The notes beneath the pieces were generated by a model. That model saw nothing but the letters and a program-made list of their open reading frames with translations, was not told where the DNA came from and did not search any database. Below are positions 1 through 13,061 of a stretch of DNA of 64,000 nucleotides, piece after piece (within the stretch, counting starts at the first letter, position 1; each line of letters starts with the position of its first letter). Source of the DNA: Epiperipatus broadwayi (taxonomy: Eukaryota > Animalia > Onychophora); the NCBI GenBank assembly GCA_028023455.1, contig JAQFVV010000010.1:558001-622000 (forward strand), read 5' to 3'. Made by a program: the position numbers and the translations under genes.

Positions 1-689
1 ATAACTAACAGAATCACAATGCATTGTCACACATCCATGCAGACACTATAGAAACATGCTACAAAAAATGAAATAATATAGTCAAAAACTATTTTATTAT
101 TTTTAACTATAATTTTACACTTTCTTTATGTTGTATATATAAATATAAAATACAAAGTCTGGTCATGTTTTCTAATAGTGGCAGGCTGATGTTTAATTTT
201 CGGATTAAACGGACTTACAATTTTGAAAAACTAAGAATCTCACATTTAAAAAAAACAAAAAAACAATTTTACAAATTTGTAAGTTATAAACTTTTAATAC
301 AAACTAAATATGACTCCAAAACTTCTTTATTGTATATATAAAATTACTCCCAAAGATCATTATTTAAGTAACAAATAATCATCTGAAGATTTATGCAAAT
401 TTCAAATTTATATGACCTATACCATTTTCCCCCCTGTTTTTTTTATTGACATACTCAGGAAATGTGCTTCACTCGTGGTAAAATTCTACAACTTTCTATG
501 TAGAATTATGCTTGATATTTATAACCTTTTATTTTTATAAAACAGTAGAATTAATACGTCCATTTGTTTAATAAACAATTTTTCATTTTTAAATAAAATT
601 ATTTTCTAAATTATCACTAGCATATTCTAATCTCTTTCATGATTAAAACTCTAAAACAATTTAGCTTATACATTACAAATTTACATTCT

Positions 690-3480
690 CATCATCATTA
701 TTGATCCACTGCAGGATAAAGATCTCTCCAAGCTTAATTCATTTTTTCTGAGTGCAGCCTTTCTATTCTGCACCACACTAACAATTTCCTTATTTTTTCC
801 ATCTATTTCATATATATTTCATTTCTAAGTCTTTTATAATTTCATGGGATCCAATTTAAGACATCAACTTCCTATTATCATCTCTTCTAGAAATATTCTC
901 AACTTAACTCCATTTTAATCTCTTTATTTTTTCAATGATATCAGGGATATGTGTTTGCTCTCATCCATGTATTTCATTTTTGATCTCTTTTTGTTATTCC
1001 TAATATATATCAATAATTTGTTGAATTGTCTAATGTTTCTGTATTTCTCTTCTATTAAATGTCTCCATTTTAAATCTATAAGTAAGTACTGGTAAAATAC
1101 ATCTTTTAAAAACCCTTTTTCAAAAACATAGATATGTTTCTATCAAATATTAAGTTATTTTTATCACAAATAATCCATCCAAGTTTAATTCTTTTTTTTT
1201 AATTTTATTCATTATGTTTTTATTAATAATATGACCAAGGTATTTGTAGTTATTAACTTTTTCTAATTCAGAATTATCAATCTTTGTTTACTTCTGCAAA
1301 AATTAATTCAATATTACTTTAGACTTTTTAGCATTATCTTTAGTCCTACTTTCTTACTTACATTTGATCAAATTTTTGCAACATTTTCTGAAGCTCTGAA
1401 GCATTATTTGCAAAACAATCACACATTCTGCAAAATCTAGATGACTTAAATAATCTCCATTTATTTTCACTCCCTTAGCTTCCCATTTTTAGTCCACAAA
1501 ATACTTCTTGTAAAATTGCTGTAAAAGTTTTGGAGATAAAGAATCTCTCTGACATACACTTCTCTATATACTTTTCTTAATGTTAATCTTCTTAGTATCA
1601 TCATATAATCTAATCACTGCTGTTGCATTTCAATAAATATTTTTAGAGAAAATGACAATATCCTGGGGTTATATCTTGATGCCCCAGTCCTTTAATCACT
1701 TTAGAAATGCTTATAGAGTCAAATATTTTTTTATAATTGACACATCCAAAGCATAATGTCAACTCATAATTATTGGTTCTTTCGATAACATCTCTCAATA
1801 CTTTGATATGATCCACTGTGTTAAAACTATTCTGAAATTTAGTTGTTATTTTGTTTGGGTAAATTCCACTCATTGTTGTGGATGAGTTATAATTATCTTG
1901 GAAAAGATTTTGTGTAGGACTGATAGAAGACTAATATTATCTGTAATTTTTTAAAAAAAATATTCATCTTTTTTAAATGTCAACATCACAACTGCATTCT
2001 TCCAATAAATCAGGTGAATCTTTCTCTTTCAGATACTTGATATATAGTTTTGCTAGTATTTTTTTCTATTTCATCACTAGCTTCTTTTAAGATATCAGTA
2101 ACAATTCCATCATATCATGAAGCTTTTTCCTTCTTTGTAGATTTAATGAATTTAAAATGTTTGGCAATTTAAAAATGTAACTAATAATTGTGGTGATTAC
2201 TTTGTGTTTTTTTATTACTGTATAATTTCTTTAGAATTCTTTAACATATTTCATTACATTGTCTATTTAGTAAAGGTTATATCTTTCCCTTTTATTGATG
2301 AAACACTTTTTTTTTCTAATACCAAGATATTTTATACTTTTAGAACTTTTATTCTCTTCTATATCTTTTATTGGAAATTTTGTTATATTTTTTATATTAT
2401 TATTCATCTTTTTTGTATCATTTTATAGAATTTTAGATATTCAATTTTTAATAAAGGTTCATTTTAAAACATTTTCATATTCCTTCTTTTTTCATACATT
2501 GTCTTCTCAGTGGAACATTTACTAAAAATTGCTTCTTTTTGTAACCAGCTATCTTTGTTGCCATTCTTAATAAAGTATTAATTATATTCTTATAAATCTC
2601 AAGTTTAAACCTTCTTCAAAATCTGTCAGTATTTTAAAACCATTAGCAAATTTTAATTTAAATTCAGTGGAATGGATCTGAGGTTAAAAATATCAACTAT
2701 TAGTACAAAATGTTATAATAGTTTATGTTTCTTTAGTTTTGCATTACATCTTATATCTGCTAGTTGATTTAAACTATTAAAAACATTACAATTTTGGAAA
2801 ACATATTTTTCTGCTTGTCTATTGGATGACCTTTATTTAGATGCTTCCATGTCCATTTCTATTTAGCATTTTTTTCAAAGAAAGTATTTATACTGTACAG
2901 GGTTTTTTTCTTCAAATTTTGTCATCATATACCATATTTATCGAGAGCTGTTCAATCTTTCAATAATTTTCCAGCATTTTGCATATTCATAAATAATTAT
3001 TTCAGTCATCACTATAATAACTTGTTGAATCATACTCTTAAATTATCTGCATTAGATATCTTCCATTAAATTGAATAATTAATTTTGCCAAACTACCTGA
3101 TAGACCATCAATCTCTATAAGTTTGTCCATCTGTTTAATTATTATGAATACTACTCTCCCTGTGCTTTTAATATAAGCCCGTTTATCAAATCACTTGTCT
3201 CTTCATCTTTTCTTTTAATTTCTCAAAGTCCAATAATATTCCATTTAATACTAGACAATTCTTCTAATTCACAAAAGTAGTCTGCAATTATAGGTAGGTA
3301 AATAAAAAGTCATAATTGATTGGCAACTGGATTTCCAACTAGGAGATTCTCTAGCATCCTCTGCCTACAGTTACCAACTCCTGCTTTGGTTGTTGACTTT
3401 ATAGCTTTTTGAAAGAAAACCCCATAATTTAGTTTTGTTTTGATGATTGTAAATATCTGAAAATAATATTCACACACCAA
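690..3480 (-). mobile_element. Decayed near full-length RTE-clade non-LTR retrotransposon (APE + RT)
   Basis: The minus-strand ORF 1643-1873 reads DHIKVLRDVIERTNNYELTLCFGCVNYKKIFDSI, matching the RTE RT segment DHIxxLRxxIExxxEYxxPLxxxFVDYxKAFDSI. Near 3200-3270 the minus strand reads ELEELSSIKWNIIGL*EIKR, an APE N-terminus. The 3' end at ~690-730 reads (minus) GGAGAGATCTTTATCCTGCAGTGGATCAATAATGATGATGA, an RTE-type tail ending in TGA repeats. Many stops and frameshifts; the 5' boundary is approximate. Confidence 0.8.
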
Positions 3481-3673
3481 TGCACATTTATTCTGCTTTC
3501 AATAAAGCTCAACTGAGGTTTCAGCTAAGAACTATCAGGTAACTGAGGAGAAAAACCATGATATATTTTAGTCTTAAACTCAAGAGATAAAAAAAAAATA
3601 AACTTGCCATACTGACTCACACATGTTTGGTGAGCAGCCCATCCATACTTTTTTTAGTAATATGAATAACCAC

Positions 3674-3941
<268 letters not shown>

Positions 3942-6900
3942 TTTTATTTATTTATTTACGACACAAAACTACAGCATAAAGCCAATTACAGAATTGTACC
4001 ATAACAAATATACAATAATATACATAAATGAATATAAATGACAAATTATTAATATGATTATATGCCATATTTCTATAAAAGATAAGTAACACATTTAAAA
4101 ATCTAAAGTAAAAATGTTTTCATTAGTAAAATTATAATTCATTCACTAATTTAAGTGTCAAACACCAGCATATAGACAATTATCATTAACACATTAATAA
4201 TAACAAATAAATAAAAGGGATAAATTTAATGTTCATAAGAAAATAATAAAAAAATAACAACCAACAAATATATATATGTGTAAACAAAATCAAGTTAAAC
4301 CAATCAAACCTGGCATTTAAATTTAATAACATTACAAAATTGATTATAATCTAAATTAAAGTGATTAATATTACTACAAATCTGATTATATAAAGATGGT
4401 AGCCTAAATAAAGAAGAATATTTAAGAACATTGGAATGACAAGTTTTAATGTAACAAACAGAAGCAGACTGAATATCATGCACATGAGATCTAATTATAA
4501 TAGTAGAAATTGTGTCAGATAAAAGAACTATTTTATTAACAATTTTATAAAAATATTTGAGATCTCTATAATAATAGTAATAATAATAGTAGTAGTAGTA
4601 GTAATAGCTACAATGACGAGTGTATGAAATGGAGATTAAAAATTTGTTCTTTTCATTTTTTTAAGCACTCAAAGAGTAATTAAAAGATAACTTTTTAGTT
4701 AACAGCCAACTTTTTCTGCAACAAATTTTGCTTTCTATATACATAAATAATAAAAAAATGCAATGGGTTCTCAGTAAGAAAATGGTATAAACAATGATGA
4801 TTGGTAAAACATATAATAAAATAAAAATATTCAGAAATTAATTTAGTTTAGGAAAATATGAATATCAAATGGATAACTGCATATATTGGTGGAGTGACTG
4901 TACAATTTTTTTTTTTATTAACTACTTTATAACAGTTATGAATAATGACTAGACAGGGTTTACATGAAAGACAAGCCTTTATATAGATCTAGCCACATTT
5001 CATGGCCACTATCCTCCCCATATTTAAGATGTTATTATAAGAAAAGTAAAATAGTTTACTTGGAATTCAGATGAGAAATAAAGGAGAAACTAAATTATTA
5101 ATAATAACACTAATTTTAATTAACAAATATAATTAAAAAATATAACAATTCATATTTATATATTTATGTCAGTGTACTAGCAAAAAAAACATCTGTGATA
5201 GATAATCTTATTTATAATGATCCTTAAAAGTTTTATATCAGTTTTATTAAGTTATCTATTTTCTCTTCAGTTGAGCTGAGTTTTCTTTTACATTGGAAGA
5301 ATTTTGAATCAAGATATATGTATGGCCATAATAATCCTTATTTAATATTTTCAATTTATTCATGGTTTATTTCCATTAAGTTCCTTTTCTTGCGATTAGA
5401 ATATTGAATCTTCATAATTTATTAATCCATTTATGATACAGTACTTTTGTTTGTCAAACAATTAATTGGATAGTGGATTTCCCTATATGATCAAGTGTCA
5501 AGTATTATATATTTTGCATCCACTATCAGTTACTAAGTTGGGAGAATCATTATTAATTACTGAGGCATTTTTTGTTTATAGTTCGATAATAAGCAACATC
5601 AATGGAAATTTTAGGGGAGCACTCTCCCTATTAACTGCATTATCTCCACATAGATAAGCATTAAAATATTTTTGGCTTCCATTATACAAGCAGCACACAA
5701 AAGAAATGGTATTTTGTCACTTTTTGTTGGAAAAGCAGATGAACTAAGAGATTTTTTCTGTTTTGCAACTGGTTTCCACAGCAACTTTGTATTTTCAATT
5801 GACAATTTTATTTAAGAATTTCAATACATTTTTAATTTCTTACAATTATTATTTTTTATCAACTTCTTAATAATTTGTTTTACACACATGACTTCTACAA
5901 CATTTTAGAAGACATAATAAAAAAAGCATATATATTTACAAAAATCCATGCATGTAAACTCTGCCATGGAGATTACAATATCTATAAATAATAAATACTC
6001 AGATTATATGTAACTGAACTGGAGCTTCCAATGCACTATATAATGTGAACAAACTTTCCAAAAGACAGATTATATCACTTTTGGAGAATTATTTATGTTA
6101 TGTAATTCATTGGAAGCTTCAATTACTTTTTGTTCAGTTATATATATACTACTATAAACTAACAACATATTATAGTATACATGTTTTTATATCTGATAAT
6201 CTATTGCATATGTTGCAGTTATAAAAATAAATATTTGCAAAATTAATAAAATTCTTTATTGTGAAACTATAATACTTTTTGATTATTTTTTTTAAAAATA
6301 TACTACGTATATTGTCATATATGCTTTTTTCCATTTTTTTTTTTTTACATACAGAACCTCTGCTCTCCCCCTCCCCCCAAATCAAAACAAAAAATTAGAA
6401 AGTGTTAGTTGTATGACATATACACTTTAATTTTTCATTTAAACTTGATAGAACTTTAATTAAATACTTTTCTATTTATGGATGAAACAACAATAAAATT
6501 CAAATGATTTTAACAATCAATACTCAAAACCTAGATTTAAATAAACATCAATAAAATTATTAAAAAATTATAAAGCATAGAGAACATTGTAATACCAAAT
6601 GAGTTTCCTAAATTAAATTCTAAATTTAGCTTTTGAATTTACAGTATATATAAAGAACATAATTAAATATCATTAATATTACTCATTTGTATAATATTGA
6701 TTATCAATTTAGTTGTAAATTTTAATAATAACATAGTAATTAAATGTTAAAGATAGTGGCTTTTATATCCTTTTCATGTAATTATATTTATTTCTTATTT
6801 AAGATCTAACTTAAATTTTTAAAAAAGTTCTTTATCAAAATTAATATTTTTTAGTATTAATATCTCATACATTTTTCTTTATTTGAAGATAAAAGTTTTT

Positions 6901-7360
6901 TATTGTTAGATAACTATCTCTCTCACTCTCCTCCCATTCTCTATTTTTGTGTTTAACTATATATAGTGAATATATATCCACTATATTTTGTTTCATATTC
7001 CCCTCACATACATCATTCACACATAGTAACTCACATTTTGTTGATTTGCTTTGAATATTATAGAATATGTATTATTTATTGAACTGCAAGTGTATGTTAT
7101 TTTTCACTATCACATAAATGCTTTTTGTGTGCATAGTATGCATATACAAATAAACAATTTTTTTAATGTAGTTATTAATAACGGATCGAGATATCACATT
7201 TACATATATATTCATTCACATTCATTCAAAAAATAAAAACAATTAAAAAATTACTGTACTGTATCTATTTTTTTATAAATAAAATGAACAGTAAACTATA
7301 AAACAGGCAAAATTATCCATACAGTAGTGCCACTCAGTGCAAGCCAGAGTAATCAATGGA

Positions 7361-7634
7361 TGCTAGAAGACTTGTGCATAAAATCTCTATCTAATGCCTA
7401 CTCATCCAATATCTCCAGATTAGTTTCTAGATTGTGACTTTCATCAGTGAGAAGCCTTGGATCTGAGAGCACTGCATCTAGATCTTAGGATCTAATGCAA
7501 CCCTCTAGCAGCCATCTTTTATCTCTACTTAGCTACAAAACTCCTCACTGATGAAAGCCACAAGCTAGAAACTAGTCTGGGGATATGGGATGAGTAGGCA
7601 CTATATAGGGATTTTATGCACAAGCCTTCTGGCA
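7361..7634. repeat. Inverted repeat (arms 7361-7451 and 7544-7634) with an inner stem-loop; each arm carries a hammerhead-like motif
   Basis: TGCTAGAAGACTTGTGCATAAAATC...TTTCATCAGTGAG is the diverged reverse complement of CTCACTGATGAAAG...GATTTTATGCACAAGCCTTCTGGCA. The spacer holds TGCATCTAGATC-TTAG-GATCTAATGCA (7473-7499). Confidence 0.9.
7542..7583 (+). ncRNA. Minimal type I hammerhead ribozyme motif (Penelope-type, palindromic helix III)
   Basis: TCCTCA-CTGATGA-AAGCCACAAGCTA-GAAA-CTA-GTC^TGGGGA. Core CUGAUGA at 7548-7554 and GAAA at 7568-7571; GUC cleavage triplet at 7575-7577; helix I TCCTCA/TGGGGA; helix II AGC/GCT; helix III is the self-complementary ACTAGT. Confidence 0.7.
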
Positions 7635-8701
7635 CTACTGTATGGAGAGTTTTGCCTGTTTTAACAACAGTTCTGAGAAAGCATAAGAAATGGTGATCAT
7701 GTGATGTTAAACAGTAAAGTATCATAGTTTCAGGACAATTAAACATTTTCTGGATAATATTCTTTTTCTTCAAAAAAAATTTTCCTAAAAAAATGTTAAT
7801 AGCAGTCTTTTTATCAGTAGACAATAGTCTTTTCTAGTTATTTTTGATGTTTTAAGTCTGCACTGGTTTTGAATTTATACATTACCCTAATTGCCATTTC
7901 AGATTATTTTCTGTGGTTTTTGGAAGAATATTTATTTATATAAATGCTCAATGATGATAACTGACTTATCTCTCCAAGATAGTTGGTTCTTTATCAGTCC
8001 TATTTACTTAGCTCTGCATGTTTCTTACACTATAAAGCTACCAACAAAATGATGCAACTTGGAAAGTTTAACTCTCTATATTACATATTTGTAAATACCA
8101 GCATATAAAAGCAATGTCATGCTATATATGACTTGCTTTATTGATTACTATAAAAACTTCTAACTTCTAAAGTAAAATTAAACTCTTCAAATTTCAAGTT
8201 TTCTGATGCAATAGTAAGAATGTTTTAGGAGTTCAATTTTTATCATTATTAAATTAATAACTTTCATTTCTTTTAAGAAAGTTAACATTACAAATTTTAT
8301 TAAACTTTACATTTAGAAAACATTTTATTACAAGAATACTGTATCACAAAAAATAGTGAATAAAATATATGGATTTTCAACTTAATCTGAAGAAGTTTAG
8401 TAATAAACATGAACACATGGTGTTCAGTTATAAAAAATTTTAAATTTATGAATTTTAATGTCATTTTTTATTTATATACTTTGAAGGGTGAGGAGGAAGA
8501 GTAGTCTATAAATGAAATAATGTTTATTAATATAGCATATATCATGTTTTCATTTATTGTATAAAAAATTAATTTTTTTCTTATGAGAAAGACTATTTTT
8601 GAAGTAAGCAAACTACAGCTTTTTTATCCATTATATAATAAAACAGATTTAATGTAATTCACTAAGATATTTACTAGTGCACTTTCAAGCTGTAATTTTA
8701 A

Positions 8702-8884
8702 GCAGAAAGTAATCAACCCTTACACATGTGCTGTATTGTTATAGTAAATCAACATTGTTTTTGATGCTGCTCTTATTTTTTCAAAGTCTCTATCATGTAA
8801 CTTAGATCTAGTCTCCTCACATTCACAAAAACAATAATTTAATATAACAGTGCAGCACATGTGTAAGAGTTGATTATCTTCTGT
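8702..8884. mobile_element. MITE-like element with ~60 bp imperfect TIRs flanked by TTAA
   Basis: GCAGAAAGTAATCAACCCTTACACATGTGCTGTATTGTTATA matches the reverse complement of TATAACAGTGCAGCACATGTGTAAGAGTTGATTATCTTCTGT. TTAA lies at 8698-8701 and 8885-8888. Confidence 0.65.
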
Positions 8885-10655
8885 TTAAAAATAAAAGAAA
8901 CCAAATTGGAATATAATACGTATATATATACTTAATTATTTTAGAAATATTATTCTAGAAATATTCTATCATATATATGATTTTATATTATTTTAGATAT
9001 TTCCATATTGTTAATTTACATTTTGTTGATTTATTAAAAAGTTTGGAACATTTTTATTCTCAAACATCTGCCTGGTCATTATATATGTGTGATTTGTCTG
9101 ATTATTGGTATCATAAAAACTATGTTCTTCATGCTGTGTTTAAATTGTGAATTGATCAAGAGAATTCTTGATATCAGGTTAGATCTTGTGAACTACTAGT
9201 CTTCTTGCTACTCTAGATAATGGAGCTACCATGGTAGAACTGTAAGGTAACTCATGAAATTATAAATAACCTACTAATCTCTAATTTTTATAATGCTTAA
9301 ATAGTAATCTCAATAAGAGATATTCATCACCATCAAATCTTAAACTTCCAATCAAGAGCTACCTCATATTACATCATGGCATATATCTATTAAGATGACC
9401 CTATGAACATAATTTTTTGGATCTTTATGCACTGCATGTTACAATATTTATATAAGGTCTTAGGGTGTAGTGATTAACATAGATGCTTGATATATATTAT
9501 ATGGGGTTGTTGATTTAAGGTAAGTTATATTTAACACATTGATCTATTTTGGAATTGCTTATTACTTGTCCATTTCTCATATTATATTTGCTTTGATAAT
9601 CCTCAATTCAGGAGTGATATTTAAATATTTAGCTTCATAATTGATTATCCATTGAATGATATTTAAATATTTAGCAATGATAATCTGTAATGTTCTTAAA
9701 GCTCTGCATACAAATTCATAGTTTGTTACACACAGTAATTAATTTGAACAGATGTTATAATTTATCCAAAGGATTAACATTCATTATTTCTTTAATTTGG
9801 GATATAAAATTAATCTATTTATTTATAGATCTTATGATATCATTAATTCTGATCATATCTCTGATAAAGCAATTATTTTATCAACCATAATAAAATGATT
9901 CCAAACAACAAGTTTATGAGGCATATATGAGTTGAAAAAATATTATTCAACGTTTTTCCTTACATAATTAAAGATGAGACAATTCATAATATTGAAACGA
10001 ATATGCATCCTTTCTTGTAATGAAGAAAATAATTTTCCAATTATTTCAACTATTTACCATTACTTTCAATTGAAAAAAGCCAGTGGTTTATTGTTGAAAT
10101 AGTGAGAGAGCATTCCATAAGTCAATTTATCCATTTTTCCATTAACAGTTGACTGTAATAAATTAGATTTCTTGAAATAAAGAATTAATAAATTAATTGT
10201 GATGGCTTCTAATTTATTTGTTGTTATTCATCATTCTCCTAGAATGATGAGAAGAAACCAGTTTGCTAGGAAAGGTAAATGACTAGCTGTTAGCTTAGCT
10301 GATCATTATGTAAATGGCAAACAAAAAATTTGAACCTGTTTAGGTTCTGCCTACAATAAGAATTTGTGAAGACTGTCTGTATTTTCCAAACTTCAGCTTT
10401 TATATCAATTATTACATGATGTCTAGGTTACAGAATAATCAACATCATGCATTGGGTTTTCTTGGTTAATCCACAAAATATTGGAAGAGGTCATCTTGGT
10501 TATTGTCAGGCAAATGTTAGCGTTAAGAGTTTTGTGTCAGCATGGAAAAAACTTTATGAACAGCATTTAAAAATGAAGAAAAAAATAATAATAATTTCAG
10601 TTTTTTCCAATAACTTCACTTTTATTTCTGGATTTTTAAATAATATCACAAACAT

Positions 10656-10763
10656 GTCTTGCATTGGTGGTCGAGAGATCAGCGCGACTGCCTTGCACTT
10701 GCAGGCAGTTGCCCGGGTTGCGGGTTGGCGTCTCGGCCGATGCTATGATACTTAAAAAAAAAA
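10656..10763 (+). mobile_element. Young tRNA-like SINE or retrocopy with A-tail and 14-bp TSD
   Basis: Exact TSD AATATCACAAACAT at 10642-10655 and 10764-10777. The body at 10661-10743 starts GCATTGGTGG and ends CCGATGC (7-bp acceptor-like stem, as in tRNA-Gly), has a CCGGG/CTCGG T-stem and 8 CpGs, and is followed by TATGATACTT and an A run. Confidence 0.75.
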
Positions 10764-11084
10764 AATATCACAAACATTTATTTAAAATAAATAAATCATA
10801 AAACTGTAAAATTCTCAGACATTTATTTCAATTAATTTTAAATTATCATTTTAATAAATATCATTAAATAAATATTCTAGCAAGCTAAATCAATCTTTTC
10901 TAAATAAAAATTTAAACATAAGCTTCCACACACACACACAAAATAAGAAAATGTAAAAACTGCTTATTCTACACATAAATAAAAATGTAATCTAAATATA
11001 ATTGCTTTACTTCAAAATATTTTAGTGTGATATAATGTTAAATTTATAATTCTCTTTTTTATTTCAGTATACAATTAGTTGTTT

Positions 11085-11735
11085 TATAGAAATAAAACAA
11101 ACTAACTCCTTCTTTTTAAAACTTGATTTTTTATGACTATAATCATGAAAAAGAAATCCAACGTTTCGACTATTTTTTATAGTCTTTTTCAAGGCACACT
11201 AAAATAAAATATATATATACAATAAATATCACATATTCCAAAAAAAAAAAAAAATTAAATTAATTAAAAATTACAAAATATATCCATAACCAAAATTTTC
11301 TTTTTTTTTACCTTATCTCACTCCCCTTTCCTATTACAATCACAACTTAAACACAACTAATTCCTTTTTAAAAATCTATATATATCAAATAAAAAGAAAA
11401 AAGAAAATAATAGGTTTTTAATTAAAAGTTTTTATTTGATATATATAGATTTTTAAAAAGGAATTAGTTGTGTTTAAGTTAAGATTGTAATAGGAAAGGG
11501 GAATGAGATAAGGTAAAAAAAAAGAAAATTTTGGTTATGGATATATTTTGTAATTTTTAATTAATTTAATTTTTTTTTTTTTTTGGAATATGTGATATTT
11601 ATTGTATATATATTTTATTTTAGTGTGCCTAAAAGACTATAAAAAATAGTCGAAACGGTTGGATTTCTTTTTCATGATTATAGTCATAAAAAATCAAGTT
11701 TTAAAAAGAAGGAGTTAGTTTGTTTTATTTCTATA
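11085..11735. repeat. Near-perfect ~310 bp-arm inverted repeat (11085-11395 / 11429-11735, 33-bp spacer), probably inverted Penelope-type terminal repeats
   Basis: The arms are reverse complements along their length apart from a few small indels and substitutions. Each contains GACTAT-AAAAA-ATAGTC-GAAAC. Confidence 0.92.
11158..11194 (-). ncRNA. Variant hammerhead-like motif (U3-A8 core, extra A after A9)
   Basis: Minus strand CC-TTGAAAAA-GACTAT-AAAAA-ATAGTC-GAAA-CGTT-GG: perfect 6-bp helix II, GAAA, palindromic AACGTT helix III, but only a 2-bp helix I. The plus-strand copy in the other arm (~11628-11661) has lost TGA and gained a G. Confidence 0.45.
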
Positions 11736-13061
11736 TTAGATATATATGAACTATTTTGAAAAGAAGAACTGTGTGCTGGATATATTAAATTAGTTGTTTT
11801 ATATGTGTGAGCCTTTCTATCTGTGAATGCCATTTGATATCTTTGTTCCTTAACAAGAATAATGACACTATACAAGCATTGATAACAAAATTTGCTTGGA
11901 AAGCCATTCAAAAATGCTTTATAAAATTATACATTTTCTCATAAACATTAGTATGAAAAACTATTAAACATGATATTGATTATATTCTATGCTATACAAC
12001 TGATGATAGAGTAATGAATATACTTTCTTAACTGTAAAAATTAAAGCCAATAATATTTTTACAGTTTTTTAAATATAATAGTCAATTTACAATGACATGT
12101 GCCCCTTACACCCCCCCCCCAATACCAATTACACATCCTGTGGCCTAATCAATAAGAATTAAAGTGCTGTAATTGACAAACTATTCATTATAACACACAT
12201 TTAAACCCCAACTTAATTATACTATGAATATATGTCTCAATTAAATTATAAGACACATTCATGGCAACTAACATTTAGTAATCATTATCTTGTTAAGTGT
12301 GATATAACTCCAACACACTTTAGTAATGCATGGTAAATATGATTGAATAAAATGAATGCAATCAAGAAATGAAAATTTATATTAAAGTAAAGCAATATCA
12401 AATAATTTTTTTAATGTTATTAACACATAACATATAATAATATTCATTAATAAGGATGTTAACAATGAATTTAAATAATAATCATGACTTGGTGCTTTTC
12501 AACAATGAGCTTTTCTCCAAAGAGGGAGAAAATTTTTCATCTTCTGAATAACCTACAAAAATTTAAATAGAGAATTAGAATTTACAATTTGAATAGAGAC
12601 ATCAACCACTTTTGAGTTGAAATAATATTAAAAACCAATATCTGAAGATCTGAGCAAGCAAGAACAAGTATATAGAATTAAAGTTAACCAACTGAGGAAT
12701 TCGAAATTGAAGTCTTTTCAAGTAAATTCAGATCACTTGAATTTCCAAAGTGTCTGTAATTCTAAGTTACAGACTGAAGTATCTACATCTGAGGATATCT
12801 CATAATACAAGAAATATTGCTATTAATTCAATCAAAATAATTTGTTAAAGAAATATATAAATAATGATACAGACAAATATGCATTGCTCAGCACATATGC
12901 AACATTAGAGAAAGAAAGTCATCATTCATGGAACTATAATTGTTAGAACTGGAATGTAATTGATCTAGCACGTTATATCTGCACTATGAAACATCTAGTC
13001 AATTTTTAATAAACTGATTCAATAACTCTTCACATTAAATCAGGATTTCCAAGGATATAAA

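Noticed and set aside
5400-5820. Slightly less AT-rich stretch with 63-64 aa ORFs
   Set aside because: No recognisable domain in any frame I translated.
9111-9422. Possible MITE with ~17-bp inverted ends
   Set aside because: Several mismatches in AT-rich sequence, no TSD, and no further pairing.
10252-10515. Possible host micro-exons (AG|AATGATGAGAAGAAACCAGTTTGCTAGGAAAG|GT and the ORF 10447-10755 region)
   Set aside because: No recognisable protein and no consistent multi-exon frame. The ORF's 3' part is the SINE insert.
10661-10743. Functional tRNA gene
   Set aside because: The T-loop lacks TTCG and is expanded, and the anticodon arm is abnormal. The A-tail and TSD indicate a retro-insertion.
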